Positions 36,218 to 48,366 of a stretch of DNA of 64,000 bases are shown here, piece after piece (positions within the stretch are counted from its first letter, which is position 1; every line of letters starts with the position of its first letter). The notes below the pieces were generated by a model. The model was not told the origin of the DNA. It worked only from the letters and a program-made list of their open reading frames with translations, and ran no database searches. The stretch is from Tubiluchus corallicola (Eukaryota > Animalia > Priapulida): contig JAQGDQ010000001.1 in assembly GCA_030141605.1 (NCBI GenBank), positions 1,984,001-2,048,000 of the forward strand, read 5' to 3'. The translations under genes were made by a program, and so were the position numbers.

Positions 36218-39023
36218 ATGAAAAATAAAAATCAAAAACCTACACCATCATCTGAGAAACAAGAGAAGAAATCAGTGGTTGCAAGAAAAAGTGCAGGAGC
36301 TGGTAAAGCAGGCTCACGAGTAAGAGTAGGAAGTGGAATCAAAGAACTAAAAGAAGATGTCTCTGGTGAAGTATTGGATAACATAGGCATTGAAGAATGG
36401 CTTCAACCTAAACAGCTATTAAAACCCGCTGATCAACTTCAGTTAACTGAAACGGAACTAAGAGCTGAATTCACAAGAATTTTGACAGCAAATAATCCAA
36501 ATGCTCCACAGAACATTGTTAGGTGAATATTACTTTAAAATGAACAATCCTATGATAGAGTCCTTATAGCATGCAAATTATTTAAAGTGTGGCTTAGTAA
36601 CTAAACTCTTCCCGTAATCATGATAAAATGATTAGAGTTTCAAAACAGGTTTTTGGTGCATATTTTTTCCTGTTTAGTGCTTGCAGCTGTAAAGTAAATA
36701 ATGAATATTAGAGCGGGCAAAATTATGCAATAATATTATTAAATTATTGTTGAGAAAAAAGAGGAGAATTACGAAGTGATCAGTTGACACGATTTGAGAG
36801 CTGCTTAGTGTCCTTTTTAAGGCATTTGGTTCCCATGTAAAAACTGAGTAAAAATATCTAACAATTGCTAATTAGTGGGATTTGATACAGTTAGACAGAA
36901 ATTGTTCTAAAAGTTTACCAGCAAAAATTTGATATATTTTCTTAAATCAAAAAGCTAAAAAGCTTGTTTTAATGAAAGAATTTATGTCGTATAATGCAAT
37001 TTAGTCAGTGATAAAATACACATATTGTATTTCTAGAAGATGTTTTGGAAATTGATATATTCCTTGCTAAACAGCCTAAATGGATGAAATGGTAATCTGA
37101 AAATAGTCAATTAATAATGTTAAATAAATTAAAGTGTTGGTAAAGAAGTTACCGTAGTTATTAACTTGCTCTAGTAAATAACAGCTGAGTAATATTTATT
37201 TGTGTAGGTACAGTTTTACTGATGGATGCTTTAAACCAGTGCCTCAGATAGACCAATTGGCTATTCATTATTCGGTGGACGGTTGTGTCTTGCACAAGGA
37301 TTCTGAAGAAGCCAGACGGCAAGCTACCAAACGTTCACAACCAGAGCTGACTAGCATGCAGAGCATGGACAGTGAAGATGAGTACACCACGCCACGAGCT
37401 GATACAGATGAAGGCACCCAAGGAGGAGAGCTAGATGAAGAAGGGCAACCTGTTGGAAGAACAGGTGGGGCAAAACTAATTGCAAATCAATTTAATTTTA
37501 GTGAAAGAGCATCGCAGACATACAACAATCCATACCGTGAGCACGAAACCCAAACACAGCCTCCGCCAAGAGGCGACTTTTCTGCGAATGTGACTCAGTG
37601 GGAGATCTTTGATTCTTACACAATAGATTTTGAGAAAACTCAGCATGAAAAAATCAAAGAAAAGGAAAAGCCTAAAGCAGGTGGGAAAAAAGAAGAAGAT
37701 AAAGCGAAAAAGAAAGTGACTGCAGCAGAACTTGCAGGAGATGATATTACTCAAGTAACAAATGCAGCAAAAATTGTTGAACGTATGGTGAATCAAAATA
37801 CCTTTGATGAAATAGCACAGGATTTTCGCTATTGGGAAGATGCATCAGATGAGCTGCGTGACAATGAAGGTCGGTTGCTTCCTCTGTGGAAGTTTGCATA
37901 CGAGAAAAGCAAACGTTTGGCAGTAACAGCAATGTGTTGGAATCCAATGTATCAGGACCTATTTATTGTAGGTCATGGGTCATATGACTTTCTCAGACAA
38001 ACAAAGGGCATGGTCTGCTGTCACAGTCTGAAGAATCCTTCATTTCCAGAGTATGTCTTTACCACTGTGCATGGCGTGATGTGTATTGATGTCCACCCGA
38101 CAACCCCACAAATTTTAGCTGCTGGTTGTTATGATGGAAGTGTGCTAGTCTACAATCTGAAAGAAAATGATACCGTACCTGTTTATCGAAGTAAGGCTGT
38201 TGTTAAGCATAGAGATCCCGTTTGGCAGCTCAAGTGGCAAAAAGATGACCTTGATGATAACATGAACTTTGTCACTGCCTCATCTGATGGTAGAATATGC
38301 CTGTGGACTATTGTGAGAAGTGAACTAATCCACAGTGAAATAATTCAACTGAAAATTTTTGAAGCGGCTTCAGAAGGTCCAGAAGGTACACAATTGGAAA
38401 CACTGAGCAGTGCTACAGCAATTGATTTTCACCCCGAGCAAGTACAGATGTTTCTTGTAGGAACTGAGGAAGGCAGAATACACAAATGTTCGAGATCGTA
38501 CTCCAGCCAATTTCTTGAAACATATCACTATCATCATATGGCTGTTTACAGAGTACAATGGAATCCTTTTCACCCTAAAGTTTTTATATCTTGTAGTGCT
38601 GACTGGAGTGTAAAGATATGGGATCATACCCAAAAAGAACCATTATTTACTTTTGACCTGAACAGCTCTGTTGGCGACGTTACTTGGGCTCCCTACTCGT
38701 CTACTGTTTTTGCTGCGTGCACAGCAGATGGCAGGGTACATGTCTATGATTTGAACAGCAACAAATATGATGCAATCTGCAGCCAGGCTGTTGCGCAGAA
38801 GAAGAAAACTAGACTTACTCATCTTGCTTTTAATTCCACCTACCCGGCAATTATTGTAGGTGATGACAGAGGATCTGTTTTGAGTCTAAAGCTGTCCCCA
38901 AATCTTAGAAAGGTACCAAGAGACAAAAAAGGTCAAGAATTGCCAAGAACAGCCGAGTCAGAAATTGCCAAGCTTGATAAGATTCTTGATGTTGTTAGGG
39001 ACACTGGCAGTGCAGAAGCATAA
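36218..39023 (+). CDS. DNAI1: Axonemal outer-arm dynein intermediate chain 1 (DNAI1/IC78 type, WD40), ~706 aa
   Basis: Exon 36218-36522 (..KPADQLQLTETELRAEFTRILTANNPNAPQNIV) joins via a phase-2 GT-AG intron to exon 37208-39023 (NQFNFSERASQTYNNP, KIVERMVNQNTFDEIAQDFRYWEDASDE, LLPLWKF, GHGSYDF, SLKNPSFPE, FLVGTEEGRIHKCS, SCSADWSVKIWD, LKLSPNLRK). An acceptor tttcag at 36196 implies an upstream non-coding exon. Confidence 0.93.
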
Positions 39024-40712
39024 TAGTTCATTAGCCAAAATGTTTTTAAGACAGTCTACTTCTCACAAATATTGTTGTTGGTGTTTTATGTGTACTTGCA
39101 GATTGATGTTATTAGCACCAATCTTATTTAGAATCTTATTTTATTTAAGATTCGTTTTTTACGGGTTCATGTTTAGTTGACAGTTTTTCCTGAGTTTTCA
39201 CCTAATTGCCACCAAGGAATAACGCATTGTTGCACCTTTGCACTGAACCTTTGCATGTATCATACGTTAAAACTTGTGTGCTGGGTTCTTATGAACTTTC
39301 TTTTTTTGTACTTGACATTGTTAAAAAGTTCTAAGCAATGCATAGGAATCTGGTAGTAAGAATTCTGAGCCAAACAAGTGTGCAAAACAGTACAGCTGAG
39401 GAGTAGGTTAAAAAATACGTAGAAAATGGTTTATCAAAGTGAATAAATTCAAGCAGAAATAGATTATCTCCTTTTGTATTTTTTTTGGTACCACGCCTCT
39501 TTTGCACATATTTATCAAACTGTATATAAATATCCATAAGATTTATGTGAAAACATGCTGTTAAGTTTATACGTTCTGTAATTTGTCTTCTATCAGATGA
39601 AATATCTGTTATGCTGAAAAACACTATTGTATAGCTGGTTGTTCATTGTCATTTGCCCTTTCTGGTCTTGAAGAAAATTGAATTGACTTTCACAGTGGTA
39701 GTATAAACATGTTAATTACCTAATCTACCAGATAGATGAATGCTTTTTTTGGATTACTGTAACTTCTTTTACATGATTTAGAGGCTGTATGAGTTTATTT
39801 TGCTTAGACTGCTTTTGTGAAACAATGCCAAACATATTGATTAATTAATCATACGACTGAGATAATGATGATTTTAAAACAATACGTCAACATTCATTTG
39901 AAACAACAGCATTGATTAAATAATTATTTTTTTATAATGCTAGCCTTACAAACATCAAAAATTTGTGTAAATATTAGTAATACATGTATCAGATTGTTAA
40001 TAGTTAGTGTATATGAAAACTATGCAAAACAGGATATCAAGAAACATTCTTTACATATTACCTTTGAAGCTCTAGTCTTAAATATATTTAACAAATTATC
40101 ACATATTTGAATACTTTGAACTTACACATAACATAACACATGCTTTTCATTGTTCTAAACATAACTTCTGATGTATAAAACAGACCTGACATTAAAAAAG
40201 TAATAACATAGATAGTATAACTTCATATTTAAAAAACGATTTTTAGTTGCTAATTATCACCATGTTTGCACTGCACACTTCCATTGCAGCTCTGGAGTGT
40301 AATAATAACATAATAACAATAATTCAAAAGGCATTATTCTGTCTGTAGTGGTTGTGGTGATTAACACATTTCTGTACTCTTCAACTATTGCGTCACTCTT
40401 ATTATCAGGGCAAAACATAACAAAAAAAGTTAGTAAAAAATTTAGTTAGTGTAGACATATAAAAAAATGTGTGCAATAACACAGTCAGCATTTTTATTTT
40501 ATCATTAGAAGATTAGTAAATTTTTTTTCATATTTTTATCATAATGGTTAATTCTAAAAGTATTATATGTAACTTAACAATTTAAACAGAATACAATATT
40601 AGTTAACTAGTCCACACAAAAAACTTGCTAGAAAAACAAAATATTAATGTATTAGTATTAAAATTAGTGTATATGAAAATTATAAGTAAATAATGTAACA
40701 GGAGTTTAAAAC

Positions 40713-42752
40713 CTAATGTAGCAAACTGTTAAGCTCTACATTGAAGTTTGCTGTAGCAACGTTTTCATAATCTGACATTGTAGAAATGCTGGCAGGAGAC
40801 AACGATGAACATTTAAAGTAATCTGCTGGAAAACAATTGTTACTCCATTCCATGGCTGTATAATTTCTCAAATCTTGATTGTCAAAACTAGCATGATGAC
40901 TAAAGCTGCTTTGCTTAATTTTGTGACCGGTATCCATCACCTTAGAAGTAGCCGATGATGTTGAAGCCCACTTGGACATTTCGCAATTTAATTTCTTGCC
41001 TCCTGTCATAAGAACATAGTTTGATGAGTTAAAACAATCGCGATCAGATTCGGTTCTTTCATCTATTACATCTGTTTCTCCAGACGTTTCTAAAAATCCG
41101 CTATCAGTTGGGTCCTTACTGTAACTATGTACTGGCGGTACATCAAAATCTAACTCTGCCGCCTTTTGTTTTGCCAGATACACAGAACAAGTGGGCATTC
41201 TTAATATCTCTAAGCGTGCTTCCATGCTTGAAGACCGAAAACGTTTAAATGGATGCAATTCACTGTAGTCTTTTCGTTGTCTATGTGTTTTATCGTCGTG
41301 TACTTTAGACAGCGTTTTTGCATCAACACTTTGATTTTTGCTACGACTCACGCACGCCAGATTTTTCATACATATGCCAATAGCAAAAAGGGAAACAACA
41401 ACTTCTAATATTGAAACTAACAAGAGAAGGACATCAAGCACAACCAAACTCTTTGGATACTCAAAAGCAACTTTTTCTGTTTGAACACCATCCTCTCGAC
41501 AAGGTTCTGTTTCAAAACGATATTCACTTGGATTGACGTAGTAAATATTTGTTAAGCTGCGTTTAGAAATTCTGTTCTTTTGAGATTGGCTTGCACTCGA
41601 ATTTGATAGTGAGTAAGGAGTCTCAGTTGTCTTTGACAAAGTCATGACATCAGATCTGTTTGCAGTAAGACTTTGAGTTGTTGCAGCAGTTGCATCCAAA
41701 GTATGTATTTTTTCATAATTAATATCAATTTCTAATAACAAAGTGGTATTTTTTAGTGTCATTGTGGATGCAACACCAAAAGCGTCGACTTCAATCGTTG
41801 CGTCATTTTTGCCGAGTCTACCATAATTTACTGTTGTGAAGTTAGCCTTTGTTTTAGATACGTTCATCTCATCACTGAGCACATGATTATTATAATTATT
41901 ATGAGTATCCGCCAAAGTGCTTGCGTTTATTTTATGCACCACAGATTCACTGAACACACCACGATCCATGTCGGAATAGTGTGTGTAGTTGTCTGTATTT
42001 GAAGAAGTAAGAATTTCATTTGATGTGCCATTTTCACTGAACAAATCATAAGTATGGTTGTTTGGTACTTTTAGAGAGCTTGCTGCACTTGTAGGTACTG
42101 CAGACGTAGGTTGGTGCCTTCTGCTAAAGAAACCTCCCCAAGAGTCTGGCAAATTAGGTTTAGATTCTACTTTTTCAATTTTGCTAATTTCTCGAGTATT
42201 TTCTGCAGATTCCGGTGAAAAATGCTTAGGCTCATCGTCAACCATTATGTTAATTGGATCATCGTAATAATAGTCAAAGTCTGGTGGCTCTCTTGCAACT
42301 GCCGAGTAGTCATACCAGTAGTGATAACAGTTGTAACTGTGACTGTGGATGCTTGAATTTTCAGCATCTGGAGCAGCGTTTGCGTACAGAAAGTCCATTT
42401 TCACATCGTAGGATGAAGACAGGATCAGCGGCACGGTTCCCAAAGCTGAAAATATAGACAATACCAGATAGACCTTCACCTGAGACCTGTGCAGACCAAT
42501 CGACGCTGCTACACCCGTTGTGCCAGTTATGAAAAAAATAACGCCTGTCCATACACCAGTGTAGATAGGCGGAGGTGTCCATCCTAAACTGATTTCAAAC
42601 ATACTTATTGAAGTGTCAATTGTGCAAGCTCCTAGTCCTAGCAGAATTTGCAAAATAGCACTTATCCAACCAGGTATTTTTGGACGATTTATACGCACAT
42701 TTCTGTGTTTGGTTGTTATTAAGTCAAACTCTTCTGAGCTGACAAGTGGCAT
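40713..42752 (-). CDS. MS4A/CD20-like four-transmembrane protein with very large second extracellular loop and long cytoplasmic tail, 679 aa, single coding exon
   Basis: Uninterrupted 2040-nt ORF. TM1 'ISAILQILLGLGAC', TM2 'YTGVWTGVIFFITGTTGVAA' (G.W.G..F.I.G..G pattern of CD20-like family), TM3 'VYLVLSIFSALGTVPLIL', TM4 'LDVLLLLVSILEVVVSLFAIGIC' (LE...S pattern). Confidence 0.75.
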   Translation of the reverse strand: MPLVSSEEFDLITTKHRNVRINRPKIPGWISAILQILLGLGACTIDTSISMFEISLGWTPPPIYTGVWTGVIFFITGTTGVAASIGLHRSQVKVYLVLSIFSALGTVPLILSSSYDVKMDFLYANAAPDAENSSIHSHSYNCYHYWYDYSAVAREPPDFDYYYDDPINIMVDDEPKHFSPESAENTREISKIEKVESKPNLPDSWGGFFSRRHQPTSAVPTSAASSLKVPNNHTYDLFSENGTSNEILTSSNTDNYTHYSDMDRGVFSESVVHKINASTLADTHNNYNNHVLSDEMNVSKTKANFTTVNYGRLGKNDATIEVDAFGVASTMTLKNTTLLLEIDINYEKIHTLDATAATTQSLTANRSDVMTLSKTTETPYSLSNSSASQSQKNRISKRSLTNIYYVNPSEYRFETEPCREDGVQTEKVAFEYPKSLVVLDVLLLLVSILEVVVSLFAIGICMKNLACVSRSKNQSVDAKTLSKVHDDKTHRQRKDYSELHPFKRFRSSSMEARLEILRMPTCSVYLAKQKAAELDFDVPPVHSYSKDPTDSGFLETSGETDVIDERTESDRDCFNSSNYVLMTGGKKLNCEMSKWASTSSATSKVMDTGHKIKQSSFSHHASFDNQDLRNYTAMEWSNNCFPADYFKCSSLSPASISTMSDYENVATANFNVELNSLLH

Positions 42753-42909
42753 GTTGTTACTCTGAATTTAGATACCAGTAGCCCACGTAACTTGGAATCA
42801 AATGAAGCTAACAAGTTATTCTTGAACTTGCTGCTTCGCCTGGCTGAAAAATCGATAACCATTAGTAAGAATGATTGTCGAAGTAGCAGAAAAACTTACT
42901 TTTAGTTGA

Positions 42910-43209
42910 ACTAATCAGTTTAATTCATAGATCCACTAGTTATTAAATAATAACTGCCAAAATCGTGGGATCTCTATTAGCTATTATTTTACCATGGATC
43001 GGCACAAATTTTCTGCATATATGTTTATTTTATGCTCGCGTATTTGATATAACTTTTACTTGGACTAATCAGTTTAATTCATAGATCCACTAGTTATTAA
43101 ATAATAACTGCCAAAATCGTGGGATCTCTATTAGCTATTATTTTACCATGGATCGGCATAGATTTTCTGCATACATGTTTATTTCATGCTCGCGTATTTG
43201 ATATAACTT
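42910..43209. repeat. 154-bp tandem duplication (2 copies)
   Basis: actaatcagtttaattcatagatccactag...gcgtatttgatataactt at 42910 and 43064 with only a few mismatches. Confidence 0.92.
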
Positions 43210-46200
43210 GCATGCTAACGGAGAACTGGTGGCCCGAAAAAGCCCCCATGATCGATTAGTGACGTGCATTCAGAGTACTTTGTTAAATTACTACAAGAAC
43301 AGCAAAAAAATATTTAAAAATCCGAGTTAATGGGTTTGTACGTTTAAAGGTACACATTCAGCACCATTTTACAAAGGTACCGTTGTGGATTGGACCCCAG
43401 CATTGTTCACTAGTCTAGATCCATCCTCCTCCGATGATCAGTTACTAAATCACTCAGTACTGAATGGGTCACTACCTGTTTGTCTTTTAAGAAACTATGC
43501 AAAGACTGTGTGTCAAGTCACTACGTACAGTGGGTCGGATATGCTGTTTCAAAAAGTTATACAGACGAGTTGCATCTCTACACCATCGACAATAAGTTAG
43601 CAACTCCTGGGATGGTAATAAAACTTTGACATTGGAAATGCTAATCGTAAAAGTGATAAACGTCAGCAAAACGCAAATTGCCGATGTTAATCGCATACAT
43701 TGCACAAAAGCATTTCGACATCTTGACAACATAGTTACATAGATGTTAGTGTCCAGAACATCACTACAAGGCCATTTTCGTCAAATCTCAGTCACTTCGT
43801 TGTGTAAGAAGAAATAACAATGTTCGAGGAAGCAAATAAAGTCTGCAAGCTATCAGACTGGCTTCCACAATCATTATCATTTTGATAACGCCATGACGGA
43901 TCAAACAGATTCCAAGCCAGCAATATCTTTAATATTATACCATTTTGCATCGTCACATCTTTCAGATCATTTTATTACTCTTTAGTGGGTTCAGACGGGA
44001 TAAAAAACATAGTCCAGTTTGATCTAAATCTATGCATGCTAGCAGCCTCTACAGTCTACAAGTATACGAAAATAGTGAACCCGTGTCTTCACTACAGTAA
44101 CGTAATTTCAAGTTATCACATCGTGAAACTATTTTATGAAAACTACCGGGAAATACTCATCAAAGGCGGCAGAGGGATAGGTGTGGACAAAACATGGGAA
44201 ACCCTCGCTTTTGATTTAAATAATCAAAGGTCAAGCTAGCAATGTCCAAAATACATCAAAATGAAGGAATTAATACAATGTAAACGTCTAAGAACTGACG
44301 AAAACGTAGTTAGCCTATATAGAATAGAAATTGTCTTATTGATGACGAGATACCCTTCAGAACATCATTTCAGTTACACTTAATAGCGTTTGTTCCGATA
44401 AAACGTTTCTTATCAAAATAGGAAAGTAAAATTATGTTAGCTATTCGAATACTCTGAACATTCGTAGTGACAAACATCCATAAAATCCGAAATTAATCTC
44501 AAATGTTTCAAAGTAATCTTTCCATTGCCTTTCTTACCAGTTGAGTTAATTATAATGAAGCTTAAAAGATATTACAGGCGACATACCTGAAAGTATAATA
44601 CCATGAAACACAACGTCAGACGCACTACTGACTGAAAGTAACCTTTCTTGTCCACTTACACAAAATAGACTTGCTGTATTTATTCAGGTAAGGTAAGTAC
44701 TGTACATCCTTATTCCTTAATGACAGGCTTGTTTGAAATGAGGGCTAATAACTCTATGTACGGCATTTCAAGTTCAGCGAGACTTCAAGTTAAATTTGCG
44801 TGACAATATTTCAATATTAGACTATTGTCCCAATATTTTACGTATTTCAATGGTTGCTTTTTTCTGTTGTGTACACTATTATTGCATAATTTAAGATAAA
44901 AAAGTATTTATAGTGTACTAACAAATCCGTAAAAACATTTTGCTCGTAACATCTTGCGACACCACATTTCATATTTCCAAAGAGCTACAGATTTCCCTCC
45001 CTCCAAGATCCATATCGTTTCGCGCGCGATAGTCTGCATTAGTGCATTGTTTTATAGAGAGGGCTCATCTAAAATTATGAAACAGTTTAATAGTCATTCA
45101 CCTGGCACGTCAATGCTTTGCAGAAACAGAATAACGGATTCGTATGCTTGTGACTGTCACTGAGATGCAGTCGTAAAATTTTCGGAAATTCAGACTAGTC
45201 ATCCAACGAAAACACAATAGGTGCGAAATTAGTTTCATTGCGCATATATTTCGGGCATTCTATTGCATTCCGGTCATGCACGTTCGAAACAACAACAAAA
45301 AAGGGAAGGAATAAACTTAACGCTAAAAACAATTGAAGGCAAATCCAGGACTACTGCTTTGTTTCGCCTTTATTTTATTCTATTCTAAATCATTTAGGTT
45401 TTTGAATTAATGCAGAGTTATTGCGTAATGCAAAATCATATAACTTTCATGCGTGTACCAAAAACTCATAAGTTTATGTTACTCTATTAGTAATTGATAG
45501 GTAGCGACAGCAAAGTTGTACACAGAGTGGGTAATAGTTTATTATAATCTGTGGCATCTGTTTACTAGCAATGAAAATGATTATGATCATGCTTACTTAT
45601 CAATGCATTTGTATGGGTATCATGTAAACGTCACTAAGTTAAGCCTGAAAAATAATTTCACGAAATATAAAACAATAAATGACTAGTTAACATTTGTAAC
45701 TGCCATACTGCATAACACGGAAATGAGTTAATTCTAAGATCATCAATATCCGCTTCAACGATAGTCTCCAAACCCATTATAGCCTGTTTATAAGCTGAAA
45801 TATAGCATGAGCAGTGTTAGCACCTACACACGTGCTAAATAAAAATAATGCCAAATTAATGAATTGTTACATAATGTGCACATCTGATATCTTCTAAGTA
45901 ATTCCAAGGATACGGGATGCTAAGCTCCTTGCTGTGCTAGATCTGCAATTGCAAACCACGCCTCAAATGTGCGAGTGCAACAGCGATCATAGTGCATAAT
46001 TGTTTTCAGTGATTTAATAAGATGCACCATCGGTGGTGATGCTTCATTACTAAATTTCACAAAAAATTAAACGCATACGCGAATATAGAACATTTTGAAT
46101 TATCGCTAAACCAGTTTAGCTTCGTTATAATAATCGTTGTAATATCGCTTGCGGGTTAAAATACTTTAACCGGTGCAGAATAATATTATGATGAACCCTG

Positions 46201-46354
46201 ACTTTCGACGAACTGTAAACGTTTAGAACGCTGGATTGTTACATTGCTAATGATGATGTAGTTTGTTTTTAGTGATAACGTTATTGTTTCGTAAAAAAAT
46301 CTATGAGAGCTTTTGCCTTATAAACATTAATTCTGCTGATTTTACGTGTGAACC

Positions 46355-48331
46355 ATGTTGCTTTACATGGTACTGGCATCGTTTGTCACGTTTGTCTTTT
46401 GCTTACCTGCATCATCCGTTATGGATAGTGCTGATCAGTCACACCCAGGTCCTAACAACTCCAGAGGCGACACTGCTGTTCCAAGAGAACCGCCGAAGAA
46501 ATACGTTGGGTAAGGTGGTCATTGCATGCAGCAATTCAACATTACGAATGATAATTGCGTACAGGTAGCTATACAAAGCGAGGTGCATCTTTCTCAAATT
46601 CTTTTGCTTCATACACAGCTACAAAAATTGTGCTACACTGTACATTCTACAATATTTTTCGAATGCGGAGGGGGGTAAACTTCTCCTAAATCAAATATCC
46701 AAAACGCTGATAATATCATAATATCATTTTCAACGAACAAAAAAAATGATATCATTACAACATATTTCTGTTCGATTTTGAAATGCATTCTAAATTGAAA
46801 ACTGTGTTCCATTATTACTTCCATAAAGGTTAATAATAAAAAAGCATAATTGATTTTATAATTTGTCCTATATGCATATTTATTAAAGCTTTAATATAAT
46901 TATCAAAATTACTTAGCCCTACAATAGTTTTCAAAACTAGCCTGAATGACAGAAGTGTGCTTGTGCTGCGTCATTTTAAAAAGCGAAAGTTGAAAAGAAT
47001 AATATCGATTTTATTGGGAATTCACCAAAAGCATGCCTTGGCCTTTCTCAAACAGTAAAATCTTATGATTTTATATCTTGTTTAGATAATGTCATGTTTA
47101 GTAATCAATATATTGGTAATTTGATAATTAAAATGTTTTTAAATTAATAGAATTTAGAAAAAGGGGCACATTATTCTGCATGTTTTTCACCGGGCAGCGG
47201 AATTGAGGTTTCAACTTATCCTGAACGCTAAAAGGCAATGCAGAGCTTAAAATACATTATTAAATTTTATTTCTCTACTTTCAACCCTTTTAGTTAAAAT
47301 GGCTGGCCTAGATATTAAAAATGACTCCGGTTTTTAATATCGGTTTCACTGATATACTAACGCCTCGAAATGTACTGAAATAGTTAAACGGGAACAAGAG
47401 ATGATTTATTAATAGACAATCTCAATATTTCATCTACCCAAACTCATCATTTCTGATTTCGGTAATCGTATTTTTGTCTTAAGACTGAAGTTAATAAACG
47501 TATTTGTTAACTGATAACTTGGTATTTTAGTATTAAATTAACCGTTCGTTCTGCAAAGAGTACACATGCTTGACAAAGATTACTGTATAGAGGGATTAGA
47601 GACCGAAATTTAATGCGTAGAAGAATTTTTGATGCATGTTTATAATGGTTAGTACCGTTTTATAAGGACTTCATGAAAAGTCACGCTTTAAACACATTTT
47701 ATTCAATTTTATTCAATTTTAGCAAATTGTATTAAATCTGTTGAACTAAACATCCAATTATAGTTACTTGTAGTATCTACTTAACAAACCGAGAAAACGA
47801 AGTGCATTTTTATAATTGCCGTAGTGAAGTGTTTTATATACCTTCGTAACGTATGAACACAGTGTTTCGTTATGATAATTGTCGTGAATAATTAACTATT
47901 GCAACATGGTCAATTATCGCAGATTACAACCACTGCGTTGCATCAAACTGCATTACTAATGAAGTCTCTGCGGTTTTTGTAAGATCATATCATATACGTG
48001 TAAGAAAGTTTTATAGCTGCTGTTGTTGCCAGTGGGTATCATCTCAAGTATAAGCAAAGAAAATTTATTGCCTATTTGGTAAAATTTAGTTCCGGGTGAC
48101 TGAGCGACTTCAACGAAAAAGGACTCTCATAGAGGTCGTACATACGACTCCTTAATTTTCCAGAAAAGTTAATAGGTCAACTGGGTCAAAACATGGTAAC
48201 TTTAGTGTGTTCTATACATATATTGGTTACAACTTTGAAAAGTCTGTTTCCTGTATTCGGTAAACAAGTCAAATTATTCTAAAGTCCTTGTTATCGTCAC
48301 AGCCAGCACCGCCACCAGCACCATCATAATC

Positions 48332-48366
<35 letters not shown>

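Noticed and set aside
42122-42160. WGGFFS-RR in the MS4A-like loop as an enkephalin-like neuropeptide
   Set aside because: Single copy, no N-terminal dibasic site, no Tyr and no amidation Gly; insufficient evidence.
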